NCBI GenBank assembly: GCA_964534225.1
Contig: CAZHNW010000004.1
Span: 13,135 to 77,134, forward strand
DNA from: an uncultured Leptospirales bacterium
GTDB lineage: Bacteria; Spirochaetota; UBA4802; UBA5550
DNA length: 64,000 nucleotides
Reading direction: 5' to 3'
Shown here: one piece after another, positions 62,892 through 64,000 of the stretch
How the letters are laid out: the number at the start of each line of letters is the position of its first letter
Position numbering within the stretch: position 1 is the stretch's first letter
Translations under genes and position numbers: made by a program
Notes under the pieces: generated by a model
The model's input: only the letters and a program-made list of their open reading frames with translations
What the model was told of the DNA's origin: nothing
Database searches by the model: none

Positions 62892-63568
62892 TCGGCCTTT
62901 GCGGAATTGCGGCGGTGGTTCACACCCTGCTGCCGGTTTTTGACTTCCCCGCATGGGCCTGCGCCTCTGCCCTGGTTTTTATTTTTCTTTTTTGTTTAAG
63001 CAGAATCGGTGCAGCGGATTTTGCACGGCGTAATATTTTTATTATCGTTTTTATTGCCTTTTACTGCGGCGCGGTATATATATCCTCCCTCATCGAAACG
63101 AAAGATGTTGAATGCATTCCGGTTCTGGTAATCGTGATGAAAACATTTTTTGTCTATAATGTTATTCTTCTTACAATGTCATGGGGGGGAAGTAGAGGCG
63201 TTGCCTTTCTCCTGGGCAGGATATCTTCTCTGCGCCTGCAGCTTTATTTTATTCTCCTCTACCGCGGGGTGGTGCATTACCGGAAGGTGAGCAGGCATGT
63301 TTACTACCAGGTACAGTCGCGGCTCCACTCGCGGAGAGAGATGCGTCGTCTTATCCCGCGCTATTACGTGCAGAACATTATCGCAAAGGAACTCTACGCC
63401 TTTCAGCATAACCAGGCGGCCCTTGTGGCACGCCTGCCTGAAAATTCACTTTCGCCCTGGACGCCCCCGCGAAAAATAAAAAAGGGAGAGGCCGCACTTA
63501 TGGCGCTCATGGGGATATCCATCTGTGCCGGCTTTGTCATGCAGGCTCGCGCCTGGCCTGTGCTGTGA
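62879..63568 (+). CDS. Polytopic membrane protein (possible ECF T component / CbiQ-like)
   Basis: Hydrophobic, about five TM helices. Overlaps the preceding gene by 13 nt and precedes an ABC ATPase. Confidence 0.4.
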   Translation: MYGLIGLCGIAAVVHTLLPVFDFPAWACASALVFIFLFCLSRIGAADFARRNIFIIVFIAFYCGAVYISSLIETKDVECIPVLVIVMKTFFVYNVILLTMSWGGSRGVAFLLGRISSLRLQLYFILLYRGVVHYRKVSRHVYYQVQSRLHSRREMRRLIPRYYVQNIIAKELYAFQHNQAALVARLPENSLSPWTPPRKIKKGEAALMALMGISICAGFVMQARAWPVL

Positions 63569-63604
63569 CCCTGCTGCCATTATTTAAAACCGGAGACATT
63601 TGAA

Positions 63605-64000
63605 ATGAACGCCGTAACCGTGAAAAACCTCAGTTATACCTACCCCGATGGAAGACGGGGCCTCAAGGATATTTCCCTTGTCGTTAAAAAGGGATCACGT
63701 GTCGCCCTGGTGGGAAGTAACGGCAGCGGCAAGTCTACTCTTCTGCTTCATCTCAACGGTCTTCTCGACGGGGCAGGGGAAATAGAGATTATGGGGATCC
63801 CCCGCAGAAAAAAGAACATGGGACATATCCGGCACAGTATCGGGTATCTTTTCAGCCAGATCGACTACCAGTTCATTATGCCTGATCTTATTAACGACGT
63901 AATGATCAGCATTCCCGGCACGGGTACCGGTGAAGAGCGGGCCCGGGAGGCGCGTCTCTGGCTGGCCCGTTTTGGCCTTGAAGAGTATGAAGGGGCCAGC
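63605..64000 (+). CDS. ABC/ECF transporter ATP-binding protein (partial, continues beyond window)
   Basis: VKNLSYTYPDGRRGLKDISLVVKKGSRVALVGSNGSGKSTLL (Walker A). The layout is CbiO/EcfA-like. Confidence 0.8.
   Translation, partial: MNAVTVKNLSYTYPDGRRGLKDISLVVKKGSRVALVGSNGSGKSTLLLHLNGLLDGAGEIEIMGIPRRKKNMGHIRHSIGYLFSQIDYQFIMPDLINDVMISIPGTGTGEERAREARLWLARFGLEEYEGAS

Noticed and set aside
1-64000. CRISPR arrays, rRNA, tRNA, tmRNA, integrase or transposase genes
   Set aside because: I saw no regularly spaced short direct repeats, no rRNA-like conserved blocks and no tyrosine/serine recombinase or DDE motifs in any frame. tRNA cannot be fully excluded by eye, but no intergenic region showed a convincing cloverleaf with GTTC-loop context.

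Overview
This is a gene-dense bacterial chromosomal window, about 50% GC with roughly 90% coding. The gene content (a PAS sensor kinase, a sigma54 activator, a COG1900/COG2122/NIL-ferredoxin homocysteine cluster, a NifX-like/MinD-ferredoxin cluster, an RnfB-like polyferredoxin) points to an anaerobe. A FliG paralogue, a methyl-accepting chemotaxis protein, a CheY-like regulator and a CIRCE element indicate a motile host. I would guess Desulfobacterota or Spirochaetota, but I cannot place it from sequence alone.

The features fall into eight groups:
- **Surface module (1-7723).** A giant surface lipoprotein (1675 aa) carries an SbsA-like Ig domain, 11 tandem Y_Y_Y-like repeats and CarboxypepD_reg domains. 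It is followed by two predicted outer-membrane beta-barrels.
- **Secreted and outer-membrane genes.** A secreted ricin-B lectin fused to a papain-like C1 cysteine peptidase, and a STAS/ArsR/Omp85-like operon.
- **Housekeeping genes.** murB, folK, panB, rsgA, hisF, a DEAD-box helicase, a DHH phosphoesterase and a PLP-dependent decarboxylase.
- **Cell-wall-linked nuclease.** A DEDDh exonuclease fused to a WYL domain sits 6 nt downstream of murB.
- **Repeat-bounded accessory island (about 21.2-24.6 kb).** Two families of direct repeats bracket the chemotaxis receptor gene and a DUF433/DUF5615 toxin-antitoxin pair plus a DUF2442 gene.
- **Heat-shock and sulfur block.** A triple Hsp20 array sits behind a perfect CIRCE operator and a sigma70 promoter. 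Next to it, a homocysteine-biosynthesis operon (COG1900/COG2122/NIL-ferredoxin) is translationally coupled to a PAS histidine kinase and followed by a LuxR response regulator, all behind a long GC-rich leader of about 280 nt.
- **Fe-S and motility clusters.** An RnfB-like Fe-S protein overlaps a fliG gene by ATGA. A conserved uncharacterized Fe-S cluster runs NifX-like x2, Gly/Arg-rich small protein, two MinD-ferredoxin ATPases, TsaA-like, Mrp/ApbC.
- **Signalling and transport.** Two paralogous GHKL-ATPase-like proteins, one fused to HDOD next to a CheY-like receiver, and an ECF-type transporter cluster with an embedded SAM methyltransferase.

I recognised no rRNA, tRNA, CRISPR array or transposase. 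The ORF track treats alternative start codons as M, so several true starts lie inside the listed ORFs.
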